Source: Escherichia coli
GTDB lineage: Bacteria; Pseudomonadota; Gammaproteobacteria; Enterobacterales; Enterobacteriaceae
Strand: one strand, 5' to 3'
Length of the DNA: 64,000 nt
NCBI RefSeq assembly: GCF_030013205.1
Contig: NZ_CP122648.1
Of the stretch, positions 33,740 to 48,624 are shown piece after piece. The position numbers were made by a program, and so were the translations under genes. A model generated the notes under the pieces. The model made no database searches. It saw only the letters and a program-made list of their open reading frames with translations, and had not been told where the DNA came from. Numbering within the stretch: position 1 is the first letter of the stretch; the number at the start of each line of letters is the position of its first letter.

Positions 33740-34414
33740 TTATTTTCCCCACAACCGGCGGGAAAAATCTTCGATCTTGCCGCTCAGTCGGCGCTTTTGC
33801 ATCGTCCGCGTCCAGCTTTTCGATAACCCGGCGGCGGAGAGTAAACGGTGATACTGCTCGTCATCAAACGGCATATGCCATGCGATGGCGGCAGCCTCCT
33901 GCACGGTCACATCACTGACACGGGAAACCAACTCCAGTGGCGCATCAGCAGATACCAACCCTGGCGCAATCACGCTATACAACCACCCCACTTTACCCGT
34001 GTTTTGCATCAACTGCGCTATATCGCTGATATCAAAATGGTAATTGAGTTTATAGCAAGGTGAGCGTGGCTGGCTGACCTGAATTAATGCCTCTCCCCAG
34101 CGGAAAATATCGCCAATATAAACATTACTTTCCGTCAGACCGTCGGTTGAGAGATTTTCGCCAAACGCAGGCGCAACAAACAACTCCGCCTGTTCCGGAA
34201 ATTCCCGCGCCCAGTAAAGATAATGCTCACGAGGATAATGACACAGCGCTCTGTCTGGCCCGCCGTGAACCTTTTTCTCCGCCTGCTCGTCACCTTCCAG
34301 CCCCAGCTCCGTCAGCATCAACTCACCATCAACCTGGATTTTGGCAATTGCGCTGGGTTTGCCTTCGGGATAAGCCTGAATCTTGCCTGTGTATACATCA
34401 ACCGGATATCGCAT
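33740..34414 (-). CDS. yiiM: MOSC-domain protein YiiM
   Basis: Translation from MRYPVDVYTGKIQAYPEGKPSAIAK. Confidence 0.85.
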   Translation of the reverse strand: MRYPVDVYTGKIQAYPEGKPSAIAKIQVDGELMLTELGLEGDEQAEKKVHGGPDRALCHYPREHYLYWAREFPEQAELFVAPAFGENLSTDGLTESNVYIGDIFRWGEALIQVSQPRSPCYKLNYHFDISDIAQLMQNTGKVGWLYSVIAPGLVSADAPLELVSRVSDVTVQEAAAIAWHMPFDDEQYHRLLSAAGLSKSWTRTMQKRRLSGKIEDFSRRLWGK

Positions 34415-34562
34415 CTGTTCCCTCTCCACGAGAAATTTCCCCATTAGACCATATTTATTTTATGTCAGGCGTGCTGTTTTCGCGGTAAGTATCCAGGCAG
34501 GAACTCAATAGCAAACCGGACGAACGTTAGTTCATCCGGCTGTGGGGATTAAGGAAGCAGGT

Positions 34563-35546
34563 TTATTTCACCGTACCTAAAATTTCGATTTTCGCTGCTC
34601 TGGCTTTGACTTTACGTGACCAGATAGAGGTAAGAATTGGCACCAGAATCGAAGTCACAATGACCGCCGTCGCGACCAGCGAAGTTGCTGCCGGAGCCAT
34701 CGGTTTAAACGCAGGCACCATTTCTGCAATCAGCACAGGTGTCGCTACCGCGGCCCCTGCGGAACTGGAAGCGGCAATTCCGGCAGTGCCATCGCCACCG
34801 CCAATCAATTTATCAGCGATAATCAACGGAATACCGGTCACGATAATTACTGCCACACCCAACAGGATCCCCAGCAAACCTGTCTGGGCAATTACCGTCA
34901 AATCAATGGTATTACCCAGTGCGAAGGCAAAGAATGGAATCAGCGTCTGCACCGCTTTGCTGAAAAATTCTCGTAATTCAGGGTCAAGGTTCCCAAGGGC
35001 AAAGCCCACCAGGAACGGTAATACTGCGCCGACGAAAACATGCGGTTCAAACGAGGCAATCCCGGCAGTGCCCAGAATAATCATCGTCATGAGCGGCCCG
35101 GACTCCAATGACATCAACACAAATGCCCCAGCTTCTTCTTTTGTGCCGTACTGCTGCATGATGGAAGCGTAAAGTCCGCCGTTGGTCATATCCATCGCCG
35201 CCACCAGCGCCAGCGTTGAAAGTCCGGCAAAGAATCCAACTTCAACACCATGTTCCGGAATAATGCGCGAGGCAATTGCCGCAACCACCCACGCGACGGC
35301 AATTTTTGTTACCACCAGCGTACCGGATTTACGCAATACCGTTCCCGTCGCGCTTAATTTTATTGACGCCCCCATGCAAAAAAACCACACCGCCAGAATG
35401 GGCACCGTACCGGTAATCATCCCGTTGGTGAATGATCCAAAATATTTCCCCGCCTCCGGCGAGAAGGTGTGGCACAGTGCGCCAAGGAATAACGGGACGA
35501 GCATCATCCCCCCCGGGATTTTCTCAATCGAGCGTTTTATCTGCAT
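34563..35546 (-). CDS. kdgT: 2-keto-3-deoxygluconate permease
   Basis: Translation from [23 protein letters not shown]; polytopic membrane protein. Confidence 0.88.
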   Translation of the reverse strand: MQIKRSIEKIPGGMMLVPLFLGALCHTFSPEAGKYFGSFTNGMITGTVPILAVWFFCMGASIKLSATGTVLRKSGTLVVTKIAVAWVVAAIASRIIPEHGVEVGFFAGLSTLALVAAMDMTNGGLYASIMQQYGTKEEAGAFVLMSLESGPLMTMIILGTAGIASFEPHVFVGAVLPFLVGFALGNLDPELREFFSKAVQTLIPFFAFALGNTIDLTVIAQTGLLGILLGVAVIIVTGIPLIIADKLIGGGDGTAGIAASSSAGAAVATPVLIAEMVPAFKPMAPAATSLVATAVIVTSILVPILTSIWSRKVKARAAKIEILGTVK

Positions 35547-35805
35547 TTCCATCACCTGTCGGCATATTTTTAAGGGCTGATGCGTCATTCCTCAATGGAG
35601 CATCAGTGTTGATGGAAACGAAGATAGACATTCATTTAATCAATAAAAGTGATCAAAACCACATCAATTGAAACACTGTTTTATTTTTATCGGATCATTG
35701 TTTTTATTTTGAAATTGATCACAAAAAAACCACCGCCGTTGGCGATGGTTCATTTTTTAAGCTGATATGCGGCGTAAACGCCTCATTGCAGCAGGCGGCA
35801 AATGA

Positions 35806-36426
35806 TTATTTTTTCGCCGCGAAACGTGCCGCTGCTTCGTCCCAGTTCACCACGTTCCAGAACTCTTTGATGTAGTCAGGACGGCGGTTCTGGAATTTCA
35901 GGTAGTAAGCATGTTCCCACACATCCAGGCCCAGAATCGGGAAGCCGGAAGCGCCAGAAATAGCTTCACCCATCAGCGGGGAATCCTGGTTAGCAGTAGA
36001 AACCACCGCCAGTTTATCGCCTTTCAGCACCAGCCATGCCCAGCCGGAACCAAAGCGGGAAGCTGCCGCTTTCTCAAATTCTGCTTTGAAGTTATCAACG
36101 GAGCCGAAGTCACGTTCGATAGCCGCTTTCAGGTCACCCTGCAGGGTGGTGCCTTTTTTCAGACCTTTCCAGAACAGGCTGTGGTTAGCGTGACCGCCAG
36201 CGTTGTTGCGCAGTACGGTTTTCTTGTCTGCTGGCAGCTGGTCCAGTTTGGTGATCAGCTCTTCAACCGGCAGGTTGGCAAATTCTGGCAGGCTTTCCAG
36301 CGCCGCGTTGGCGTTGTTGACGTAGGTCTGATGGTGTTTGGTGTGGTGGATTTCCATGGTCTGCTTATCGAAGTGCGGTTCCAGGGCATCGTAAGCATAC
36401 GGCAGGGATGGCAGGGTATAACTCAT
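35806..36426 (-). CDS. sodA: superoxide dismutase [Mn]
   Basis: Translation [35 protein letters not shown]. Confidence 0.96.
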   Translation of the reverse strand: MSYTLPSLPYAYDALEPHFDKQTMEIHHTKHHQTYVNNANAALESLPEFANLPVEELITKLDQLPADKKTVLRNNAGGHANHSLFWKGLKKGTTLQGDLKAAIERDFGSVDNFKAEFEKAAASRFGSGWAWLVLKGDKLAVVSTANQDSPLMGEAISGASGFPILGLDVWEHAYYLKFQNRRPDYIKEFWNVVNWDEAAARFAAKK

Positions 36427-36710
36427 ATTCATCTCCAGTGTTGTCGGGCGGCCGATTGTTAATGCCGCGTAAGCAGTTGGTTCATTATAGTTAATTAAAT
36501 GATATTGAAAATGATTATCAATGCCGTACTTTTCGTAAGGGTATGGTTTTGCAGGAAAATGCCCGAGATGTGAAGCAAATCACCCACTTAATGCCGTGAT
36601 TGCCAGTAAATCGACAACGGCGGCAACAGGCGAAAGGTTAATCGACAGCACGATTTTTACACTCATCTCGTCGGAGATGTGACGCGACGAAAAATGATGA
36701 GGATAAGAAG

Positions 36711-37745
36711 ATGAGTAACGCGATTACGATGGGGATATTTTGGCATTTGATCGGCGCGGCCAGTGCAGCCTGTTTTTACGCTCCGTTCAAAAAAGTAAAA
36801 AAATGGTCATGGGAAACCATGTGGTCAGTTGGTGGGATTGTTTCGTGGATTATTCTGCCGTGGGCCATCAGCGCCCTGTTACTACCGAATTTCTGGGCGT
36901 ATTACAGCTCGTTTAGTCTCTCTACGCTGCTGCCTGTTTTTCTGTTCGGCGCAATGTGGGGGATTGGTAATATCAACTACGGCCTGACCATGCGTTATCT
37001 CGGCATGTCGATGGGGATTGGTATCGCCATTGGTATCACGTTGATTGTTGGTACGCTGATGACGCCAATTATCAACGGCAATTTCGATGTGTTGATCAAT
37101 ACCGAAGGTGGACGCATGACATTGCTCGGCGTTCTGGTGGCGCTGATTGGTGTAGGGATTGTGACTCGCGCCGGGCAGTTGAAAGAGCGCAAGATGGGCA
37201 TTAAAGCCGAAGAGTTCAACCTGAAAAAAGGGCTGGTGCTGGCGGTGATGTGCGGCATTTTCTCTGCCGGAATGTCCTTTGCGATGAACGCCGCAAAACC
37301 GATGCATGAAGCCGCTGCCGCACTGGGCGTCGATCCACTGTATGTCGCTCTGCCAAGCTATGTTGTCATCATGGGCGGCGGCGCGATCATTAACCTCGGT
37401 TTCTGCTTCATTCGTCTGGCAAAAGTGAAGGATTTGTCGCTAAAAGCCGACTTCTCGCTGGCAAAACCGCTGATCATTCACAATGTGTTACTCTCAGCAC
37501 TGGGCGGGTTGATGTGGTATCTGCAATTCTTTTTCTATGCCTGGGGCCACGCGCGTATTCCGGCGCAGTATGACTACATCAGCTGGATGCTGCATATGAG
37601 CTTCTATGTATTGTGCGGCGGTATCGTCGGGCTGGTGCTGAAAGAGTGGAACAATGCAGGTCGCCGTCCGGTAACGGTGTTGAGCCTCGGTTGTGTGGTG
37701 ATTATTGTTGCCGCCAACATCGTCGGCATGGGCATGGCGAATTAA
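36711..37745 (+). CDS. rhaT: L-rhamnose-proton symporter
   Basis: 344-aa polytopic membrane protein at the rha locus. Confidence 0.93.
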   Translation: MSNAITMGIFWHLIGAASAACFYAPFKKVKKWSWETMWSVGGIVSWIILPWAISALLLPNFWAYYSSFSLSTLLPVFLFGAMWGIGNINYGLTMRYLGMSMGIGIAIGITLIVGTLMTPIINGNFDVLINTEGGRMTLLGVLVALIGVGIVTRAGQLKERKMGIKAEEFNLKKGLVLAVMCGIFSAGMSFAMNAAKPMHEAAAALGVDPLYVALPSYVVIMGGGAIINLGFCFIRLAKVKDLSLKADFSLAKPLIIHNVLLSALGGLMWYLQFFFYAWGHARIPAQYDYISWMLHMSFYVLCGGIVGLVLKEWNNAGRRPVTVLSLGCVVIIVAANIVGMGMAN

Positions 37746-38590
37746 TCTTTCTGCGAATTGAGATGACGCCACTGGCTGGGCGTCATCCCGGTTTCCCGGG
37801 TAAACACCACCGAAAAATAGTTACTATCTTCAAAGCCACATTCGGTTGAAATATCACTGATTAACAGGCGGCTATGCTGGAGAAGATATTGCGCATGACA
37901 CACTCTGACCTGCCGCAGATATTGATTGATGGTCATTCCAGTCTGCTGGCGAAATTGCTGACGCAAAACGCGCTCACTGCACGATGCCTCATCACAAAAT
38001 TTATCCAGCGCAAAGGGACTTTTCAGGCTGGTCGCCAGCCGGGTAATCAGCTTATCCAGCAACGTTTCGCTGGATGTTGGCGGCAACGAATCGCTGGTGT
38101 AACGATGGCGATTCAGCAACACCACCAACTGCCCGAACAGCAACTCTGCCATTTCGTTAGCAAACGGCACATGCTGACTACTTTCATGCTCAAGTTGACC
38201 GATAACCTGCCGCGCCTGCGCCATCCCCATGCTACCTAAGCGCCAGTGTGGTTGCCCTGCGCTGGCGCTAAATCCCGGAATCGCCCCCTGCCAGTCAAGA
38301 TTCAGCTTCAGCCGCTCCGGGCAATAAATAATATTCTGCAAAACCAGATCGTTAACGGAAGCGTAGGAGTGTTTATCGTCAGCATGAATGTAAAAGAGAT
38401 CGCCACGGGTAATGCGATAAGGGCGATCGTTGAGTACATGCAGACCATTACCGCGCCAGACAATTACCAGCTCACAAAAATCATGTGTATGTTCGGCAAA
38501 GACATCTTGCGGATAACGATCAGCCACAGCGACTGCCTGCTGGTCGCTGGCAAAAAAATCATCTTTGAGAAGTTTTAACTGATGCGCCAC
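37742..38590 (-). CDS. rhaR: AraC-family regulator RhaR (GTG start chosen; ORF track extends to 38701)
   Basis: AraC C-terminal HTH; GTG at 38590 gives ~282 aa and removes the overlap with rhaS. Confidence 0.85.
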   Translation of the reverse strand: MAHQLKLLKDDFFASDQQAVAVADRYPQDVFAEHTHDFCELVIVWRGNGLHVLNDRPYRITRGDLFYIHADDKHSYASVNDLVLQNIIYCPERLKLNLDWQGAIPGFSASAGQPHWRLGSMGMAQARQVIGQLEHESSQHVPFANEMAELLFGQLVVLLNRHRYTSDSLPPTSSETLLDKLITRLATSLKSPFALDKFCDEASCSERVLRQQFRQQTGMTINQYLRQVRVCHAQYLLQHSRLLISDISTECGFEDSNYFSVVFTRETGMTPSQWRHLNSQKD

Positions 38591-38663
38591 CGTGGCTACC
38601 TCGGCCAGAGAACGAAGTTGATTATTCGCAATATGGCGTACAAATACGTTGAGTAGATTCGCG

Positions 38664-39500
38664 TTATTGCAGAAAGCCATCCCGTCCCTGGCGAATATCA
38701 CGCGGTGACCAGTTAAACTCTCGGCGAAAAAGCGTCGAAAAGTGGTTACTGTCGCTGAATCCGCAGCGATAGGCGATGTCAGTAACGCTGGCCTCGCTGT
38801 GGCGTAGCAGATGTCGGGCTTTCATCAGTCGCAGGCGGTTCAGGTAACGCTGAGGCGTCAGTCCCGTTTTCTGCTTAAGCTGCCGATGTAGCGTACGCAG
38901 CGAAAGAGAAAATTGATCCGCCACGGCATCCCAATTCACCTCATCGGCAAAATGGTCCTCCAGCCAGGCCAGAAGCAAGTTGAGACGTGACGCGCTGTTT
39001 TCCAGGTTCTCCTGCAAACTGCTTTTACGCAGCAAGAGCAGTAATTGCATAAACAAGATCTCGCGACTGGCGGTCGAGGGTAAATCATTTTCCTCTTCCT
39101 GCTGTTCCATCTGTGCAACCAGCTGTCGCACCTGCTGCAACACGCTGTGGTTAACGCGCCAGTGAGACGGATACTGCCCATCCTGCTCTTGTGGCAGCAA
39201 CTGATTCAGCCCGGCGAGAAACTGAAATCGATCCGGCGAGCGATACAGCACATTGGTCAGACACAGATTATCGGTATGTTCATACAGATGCCGATCATGA
39301 TCGCGTACGAAACAGACCGTGCCACCGGTGATGGTATAGGGCTGCCCATTAAACACATGAATACCCGTGCCATGTTCGACAATCACAATTTCATGAAAAT
39401 CATGATGATGTTCAGGAAAATCCGCCTGCGGGAGCCGGGGTTCTATCGCCACGGACGCGTTACCAGACGGAAAAAAATCCACACTATGTAATACGGTCAT
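38664..39500 (-). CDS. rhaS: AraC-family regulator RhaS
   Basis: 278-aa translation [25 protein letters not shown]. Confidence 0.92.
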
Positions 39501-42513
<3,013 letters not shown>

Positions 42514-42595
42514 ACACTGCCGGATGCGGCGCGAGCGCCTTATTCGGCCTACGGGTCGTGCATCCGACAACACCGAATTTACAGGAACACAGAAC

Positions 42596-43420
42596 ATGCA
42601 AAACATTACCCAGTCCTGGTTTGTCCAGGGAATGATCAAAGCCACCACCGACGCCTGGCTGAAAGGCTGGGACGAGCGCAATGGTGGTAACCTGACACTG
42701 CGCCTGGATGACGCCGATATCGCACCGTATCACGACAACTTCCACCAACAACCGCGCTATATCCCGCTCAGCCAGCCCATGCCTTTACTGGCAAATACAC
42801 CGTTTATTGTCACCGGCTCCGGCAAATTCTTCCGCAACGTCCAGCTTGATCCTGCGGCTAACTTAGGCGTCGTAAAAGTCGACAGCGACGGCGCGGGCTA
42901 CCACATTCTCTGGGGGCTAACTCACGAAGCCGTTCCAACCTCTGAACTCCCGGCGCACTTCCTCTCCCACTGCGAACGCATTAAAGCCACCAACGGTAAA
43001 GATCGGGTGATCATGCACTGCCATGCCACCAACCTGATCGCCCTTACCTACGTACTGGAAAACGACACCGCGGTCTTCACTCGCCAACTGTGGGAAGGCA
43101 GCACCGAATGTCTGGTAGTGTTCCCGGATGGCGTCGGCATTTTGCCGTGGATGGTGCCCGGCACCGACGAAATCGGCCAGGCGACCGCACAGGAAATGCA
43201 AAAACATTCGCTGGTGTTGTGGCCCTTCCACGGCGTCTTCGGCAGCGGTCCGACACTGGATGAAACATTCGGTTTAATCGACACCGCAGAAAAATCAGCA
43301 CAAGTATTAGTGAAGGTTTATTCGATGGGCGGCATGAAACAGACCATCAGTCGTGAAGAGCTGATAGCGCTCGGCCAGCGTTTCGGCGTTACACCACTCG
43401 CCAGTGCGCTGGCGCTGTAA
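42596..43420 (+). CDS. rhaD: rhamnulose-1-phosphate aldolase
   Basis: Translation from [32 protein letters not shown]; a REP-like palindrome precedes it. Confidence 0.93.
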   Translation: MQNITQSWFVQGMIKATTDAWLKGWDERNGGNLTLRLDDADIAPYHDNFHQQPRYIPLSQPMPLLANTPFIVTGSGKFFRNVQLDPAANLGVVKVDSDGAGYHILWGLTHEAVPTSELPAHFLSHCERIKATNGKDRVIMHCHATNLIALTYVLENDTAVFTRQLWEGSTECLVVFPDGVGILPWMVPGTDEIGQATAQEMQKHSLVLWPFHGVFGSGPTLDETFGLIDTAEKSAQVLVKVYSMGGMKQTISREELIALGQRFGVTPLASALAL

Positions 43421-43429
43421 GGAGCAAAC

Positions 43430-43744
43430 ATGATCCGCAAAGCCTTTGTCATGCAGGTTAACCCCGACGCCCACGAAGAGTATCAGCGTCGGCATAATCC
43501 AATCTGGCCGGAACTGGAAGCAGTGTTGAAATCTCACGGTGCGCATAACTACGCCATTTACCTCGACAAAGCGCGTAATCTGCTGTTTGCCACGGTAGAG
43601 ATTGAATCTGAAGAACGGTGGAATGCGGTTGCCAGCACTGAAATCTGCCAACGTTGGTGGAAATATATGACCGACGTTATGCCAGCTAACCCGGATAACA
43701 GCCCAGTCAGTAGCGAGCTGCAAGAAGTGTTTTACCTGCCTTAA
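43430..43744 (+). CDS. rhaM: L-rhamnose mutarotase
   Basis: 104-aa translation [30 protein letters not shown]. Confidence 0.9.
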
Positions 43745-43784
43745 TGAGTTGCGGTGCCGGAAAATATCCAGCACCGCGCCTTCA

Positions 43785-45179
43785 TCAGAAGAAGTATTTA
43801 AAGCGAACGCGTGCGCCGTAACGGTCATCAGTATCATCACCGTGTTTTTTATCACCGTCGCTATCCAGAATGGAGTAATACGTCCCGAGGTAAATATTAA
43901 AGTTCTCCATATCCATCACATTAGCGAACTGATAAGACGCATGAATGGTGTGAATGGTGTACGTCCCTTCATCATCAATCCAGCAGTCGTTATCACAAAC
44001 TACACCGCTGAATTCATCAATCTTATTGTGCGCGTAGATATAACCGAGCTCGAAACGTTTCCACAGCGCGTTAATCCCGGCAGTGAAATCTTTCTCATTA
44101 TTAGCATCTAAATAGGCGGTATTAAGATTAACCACGACGCCATTTTCCGGATCCGTTTTCAGGCCATTCCAGGTCATGCTCATACCATAGCCGGTACGAT
44201 CGGACTGATCGACAAAATTACCCTTGCTATCGGTATAACCATAAGCATTATTTACCACGTTCGCTTCCATCGCTGCGGAAACGGTGAATTCTTCCGTCGG
44301 CGACCAGGCAATTACTGGACGCAGATAAGCAACATTTTTCTGCTGCTCCATATCGCGTCCATGATAATTACTGTCATTATATAAAGATGTTCCGTCTTCA
44401 AGTAACGTGTTTAATTCAAAATACCAGTTATCGAGTTGTTTGCTGACGAGGAAATTACCGCCAGCGTTAGAGCGCCCGCGGCCCTCTTTCATCATATAGA
44501 TATAACCGCTGCCATCGTCATAAAGATCGTTCGCAGTATTACCGGAATGTTCAACAAAGGTATCCTGATTCAGCGGGAACATATCATAGGCTTCGAAACG
44601 ACCGACTTTGACCTTCCAGTCATTCTCTTTCCCAAAGAAGAATACCGCGTCATCAATATTCACTGAACCGTGCATATCCCCCAGCGGTTGTGCGGAGAAC
44701 CCGGCGAAATAACCATTATCCAGTTTTCGCATACCGTCAAAACCTAACAGAATACGACCATTGAGATTCCACTGTTCATTAGTGGGATCGCTATTCACAT
44801 CAGCGTTGGTCATTGCCAGCAGGCCATGATTACTTTCTGCATCCATATTAAATTCTACGTCGCCGTAGATTTTTAAATCGCCATAACCTGAGAGCAAAAG
44901 ATTAGGTGAGGTGGAATTTTTCTTTGCAGATTCCGCCGTTGCCTGTCCATTTACCGGCGTATTGCCCTGGGCAGCCTTAATTTCGCGGATCTCAGCGGCT
45001 TGTTGTGTCTGCAGCTGTTTAACCTGGCTCTCTGCTTTTGCTGCCCGCATTTCTGCCGCTTCCAGGCGTTCTTCCAGCAATGCCATGCGTTGTTCCAGCG
45101 TTAAATGCTGTGTTTTTGCCATTCCGGTACTACATGCCAATAATAAACCGATGGCTAAAGATAATGTCGATTTTTTCAT
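43785..45179 (-). CDS. outer-membrane porin with N-terminal coiled coil (carbohydrate-selective OprB/ScrY-like), accessory
   Basis: Signal peptide, coiled-coil segment aa ~25-70, aromatic-rich beta-strand pattern, C-terminal RFKYFF; AT-rich; not in the K-12 rhaM-frvA spacer as I recall it. Confidence 0.65.
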   Translation of the reverse strand: MKKSTLSLAIGLLLACSTGMAKTQHLTLEQRMALLEERLEAAEMRAAKAESQVKQLQTQQAAEIREIKAAQGNTPVNGQATAESAKKNSTSPNLLLSGYGDLKIYGDVEFNMDAESNHGLLAMTNADVNSDPTNEQWNLNGRILLGFDGMRKLDNGYFAGFSAQPLGDMHGSVNIDDAVFFFGKENDWKVKVGRFEAYDMFPLNQDTFVEHSGNTANDLYDDGSGYIYMMKEGRGRSNAGGNFLVSKQLDNWYFELNTLLEDGTSLYNDSNYHGRDMEQQKNVAYLRPVIAWSPTEEFTVSAAMEANVVNNAYGYTDSKGNFVDQSDRTGYGMSMTWNGLKTDPENGVVVNLNTAYLDANNEKDFTAGINALWKRFELGYIYAHNKIDEFSGVVCDNDCWIDDEGTYTIHTIHASYQFANVMDMENFNIYLGTYYSILDSDGDKKHGDDTDDRYGARVRFKYFF

Positions 45180-45655
45180 TATTTACGTTCCCTGAAATAA
45201 AAGAGACCCTACGCTTTCCAAAAGGAATACGTATATAGAGAAATATAAGGTGTGCACTTTCGAATTTTTAATCCAACTTCAGCAGGCCGATGGATAGTAT
45301 CCCGCTGCATAATATGAGTAAATCCGCTGATTTCCTGGAACGTGAGGAATATAACAATAGTGCCGTTTTTAACCAAATATCGTAAAAAATATTAGATATA
45401 ATTCACGCTGACTCATAAGCCACAAATATAAATAACCTTGCTGCAAAACATGTGCGGCAGTTAAACATTCACAACATCATTAAATAATGATTTTTTATTC
45501 ACTGCATTTATTTTGCCCATCAATATGTGCCTTACACCGCAAAATTTATCCTTCACTCTGCCTTATATTGTCACGACTTCACGACATATCCGCGCTCATC
45601 ACAAAACCGCCCCGCCGTTACAATTAACAATAATATTTTTTCATGGAGTCCAATA

Positions 45656-46102
45656 ATGGCAGCACTTACTGCAAGCTGTATTGACCTGAATATTCAGGGC
45701 AATGGCACTTATTCCATTCTGAAGCAGTTGGCGACAATGGCGTTACAAAACGGTTTTATCACCGACTCACACCAGTTCCTGCAAACTCTGCTGCTGCGCG
45801 AAAAAATGCACTCCACCGGTTTTGGTTCCGGCATCGCCGTGCCGCACGGTAAAAGCGCCTGCGTTAAACAACCGTTCGTGTTATTCGCCCGCAAAGCGCA
45901 GGCCATTGACTGGAAAGCCAGCGACGGCGAAGACGTCAATTGCTGGATCTGCCTCGGCGTGCCGCAAAGTGGCGAAGAGGATCAGGTCAAAATCATCGGC
46001 ACACTGTGTCGCAAAATTATCCACCAGGATTTTATCAACCAACTGCGACAGGGCGACGCCGACCAGGTGCTTGCTTTGTTAAATCAAACCCTCAGCTCAT
46101 AA
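45656..46102 (+). CDS. frvA: PTS fructose-like EIIA component
   Basis: Translation from MAALTASCIDLNIQGNGTYSILKQ. Confidence 0.85.
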   Translation: MAALTASCIDLNIQGNGTYSILKQLATMALQNGFITDSHQFLQTLLLREKMHSTGFGSGIAVPHGKSACVKQPFVLFARKAQAIDWKASDGEDVNCWICLGVPQSGEEDQVKIIGTLCRKIIHQDFINQLRQGDADQVLALLNQTLSS

Positions 46103-46106
46103 GGAA

Positions 46107-47564
46107 GTGGCGATGGAGTCATCCTTACGTATTGTCGCGATCACCAACTGCCCCGCCGGGATCGCTCACACCTACATGGTGGCGGAAGCCCTGGAACAGA
46201 AAGCCCGTTCTCTCGGCCATACCATAAAAGTGGAAACTCAAGGATCCAGTGGCGTTGAAAACCGCTTATCCAGCGAAGAGATTGCCGCTGCCGATTACGT
46301 GATTCTCGCCACCGGGCGTGGCCTGAGCGGTGACGATCGCGCGCGGTTTGCCGGGAAAATGGTTTATGAGATTGCCATCTCCCAGGCGCTGAAAAATATC
46401 GACCAGATTTTCAGTGAATTACCGACAAATTCGCAGCTTTTTGCCGCAGATAGCGGCGTGAAGCTCGGCAAACAGGAAGTACAAAGCGGCAGCGTGATGA
46501 GCCACCTGATGGCGGGTGTCTCTGCGGCGCTGCCGTTTGTCATCGGTGGCGGTATCCTGGTGGCGCTTGCCAACATGCTGGTGCAGTTCGGTTTGCCGTA
46601 TACCGATATGTCGAAAGGCGCGCCGTCGTTTACCTGGGTGGTTGAATCCATCGGTTATCTCGGCTTCACCTTTATGATCCCCATCATGGGCGCTTATATT
46701 GCCTCGTCGATTGCCGATAAACCCGCTTTCGCTCCGGCGTTTCTGGTTTGCTATCTGGCGAATGACAAAGCCCTGCTCGGCACCCAGTCTGGCGCGGGCT
46801 TCCTCGGCGCGGTGGTGCTGGGGCTGGCGATTGGCTATTTCGTCTTCTGGTTCCGTAAAGTGCGCCTGGGCAAAGCATTACAACCGCTGCTCGGTTCCAT
46901 GCTGATCCCGTTCGTCACTCTGCTGGTTTTCGGCGTACTGACTTACTACGTTATCGGACCGGTGATGTCCGACCTCATGGGCGGGTTGCTGCACTTCCTG
47001 AACACCATTCCTCCGTCAATGAAGTTTGCGGCAGCGTTTTTGGTCGGTGCGATGCTGGCGTTCGATATGGGCGGCCCTATCAATAAAACCGCCTGGTTCT
47101 TCTGCTTCTCACTGCTGGAAAAACACATTTATGACTGGTACGCCATCGTCGGCGTTGTCGCGCTGATGCCGCCCGTCGCGGCGGGTCTTGCGACGTTCAT
47201 TGCGCCCAAACTGTTTACTCAACAGGAAAAAGAAGCCGCCAGTAGCGCCATTGTGGTCGGTGCCACGGTCGCGACCGAACCGGCTATTCCTTACGCTCTG
47301 GCGGCACCACTGCCAATGATTACCGCCAATACGCTGGCGGGCGGCATTACCGGCGTGCTGGTGATCGCTTTCGGAATCAAACGACTGGCACCTGGTTTGG
47401 GTATCTTTGACCCGCTGATCGGCCTGATGTCGCCGGTGGGTTCGTTTTATCTGGTGCTGGCGATTGGCCTCGCGCTGAACATTTCATTCATTATCGTCCT
47501 GAAAGGATTATGGTTACGCCGCAAAGCGAAAGCCGCGCAACAGGAGCTTGTCCATGAACATTGA
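46107..47564 (+). CDS. frvB: PTS fructose-like EIIBC component
   Basis: 485-aa translation, N-terminal EIIB (VAITNCPAGIAHT) plus polytopic EIIC. Confidence 0.85.
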   Translation: MAMESSLRIVAITNCPAGIAHTYMVAEALEQKARSLGHTIKVETQGSSGVENRLSSEEIAAADYVILATGRGLSGDDRARFAGKMVYEIAISQALKNIDQIFSELPTNSQLFAADSGVKLGKQEVQSGSVMSHLMAGVSAALPFVIGGGILVALANMLVQFGLPYTDMSKGAPSFTWVVESIGYLGFTFMIPIMGAYIASSIADKPAFAPAFLVCYLANDKALLGTQSGAGFLGAVVLGLAIGYFVFWFRKVRLGKALQPLLGSMLIPFVTLLVFGVLTYYVIGPVMSDLMGGLLHFLNTIPPSMKFAAAFLVGAMLAFDMGGPINKTAWFFCFSLLEKHIYDWYAIVGVVALMPPVAAGLATFIAPKLFTQQEKEAASSAIVVGATVATEPAIPYALAAPLPMITANTLAGGITGVLVIAFGIKRLAPGLGIFDPLIGLMSPVGSFYLVLAIGLALNISFIIVLKGLWLRRKAKAAQQELVHEH

Positions 47565-48624
47565 GTTACTGCAACAGTTGTGCGAAGCCAGCGCCGTTAG
47601 CGGCGATGAACAGGAGGTTCGCGACATTCTGATAAACACGCTGAAATCCTGCGTGAATGAAATCACCTTTGATGGGCTGGGCAGCTTTGTCGCCCGTAAG
47701 GGGAATAAAGGGCCGAAAGTTGCCGTTGTCGGCCATATGGATGAAGTCGGCTTTATGGTCACCCACATCGACGAGAGCGGTTTTCTGCGTTTTACCACCA
47801 TTGGCGGCTGGTGGAATCAGTCGATGCTCAACCACCGGGTAACCATACGCACACACAAGGGATTTAAAATCCCTGGTGTGATTGGTTCCGTCGCGCCTCA
47901 TGCGTTAACGGAAAAGCAAAAGCAACAACCGCTGTCATTTGATGAGATGTTCATTGATATTGGCGCGAACAGTCGCGAAGAAGCAGAAAAACGCGGCGTG
48001 GAAATTGGCAATTTTATTAGCCCGGAAGCCAATTTTGCCTGCTGGGGCGAAGATAAAGTGGTCGGCAAGGCGCTGGATAATCGCATCGGCTGCGCAATGA
48101 TGGCTGAGCTATTGCAGACGGTGAATAACCCCGAAATTACGCTGTATGGCGTTGGCAGTGTGGAAGAAGAAGTTGGGCTACGCGGGGCGCAAACCTCGGC
48201 TGAACACATTAAACCGGATGTGGTGATCGTGCTGGATACCGCTGTCGCAGGTGATGTTCCAGGCATTGATAACATTAAATATCCGCTGAAACTGGGCAAC
48301 GGGCCGGGGCTGATGCTGTTTGACAAGCGCTACTTCCCCAACCAGAAACTGGTAGCAGCGTTAAAAAGCTGTGCCACGCAGAATGATTTACCGCTGCAAT
48401 TTTCCACTATGAAAACCGGTGCGACGGATGGCGGGCGCTACAACGTGATGGGTGGCGGTCGCCCGGTTGTTGCGCTGTGCCTGCCAACGCGTTATCTGCA
48501 CGCCAACAGCGGCATGATTTCAAAAGCCGATTACGATGCTCTGCTCACGTTGATACGGGATTTTCTGACCACCTTAACCGCGGAGAAAGTCAACGCGTTT
48601 AGCCAGTTCCGTCAGGTGGATTAA
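47548..48624 (+). CDS. frvX: M42-family aminopeptidase-like protein
   Basis: 358-aa translation; frv operon position. Confidence 0.82.
   Translation: MSMNIELLQQLCEASAVSGDEQEVRDILINTLKSCVNEITFDGLGSFVARKGNKGPKVAVVGHMDEVGFMVTHIDESGFLRFTTIGGWWNQSMLNHRVTIRTHKGFKIPGVIGSVAPHALTEKQKQQPLSFDEMFIDIGANSREEAEKRGVEIGNFISPEANFACWGEDKVVGKALDNRIGCAMMAELLQTVNNPEITLYGVGSVEEEVGLRGAQTSAEHIKPDVVIVLDTAVAGDVPGIDNIKYPLKLGNGPGLMLFDKRYFPNQKLVAALKSCATQNDLPLQFSTMKTGATDGGRYNVMGGGRPVVALCLPTRYLHANSGMISKADYDALLTLIRDFLTTLTAEKVNAFSQFRQVD

Noticed and set aside
34606-35580. 188-aa and 132-aa ORFs antisense to kdgT
   Set aside because: Shadow ORFs of a membrane-protein gene; low-complexity Ala/Thr/Pro-rich translations.
45527-45655. 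N-terminal 43-aa extension of frvA in the ORF track
   Set aside because: Translation from the internal ATG at 45656 (MAALTASCIDLN...) matches the EIIA domain start; the extension is probably untranslated leader.
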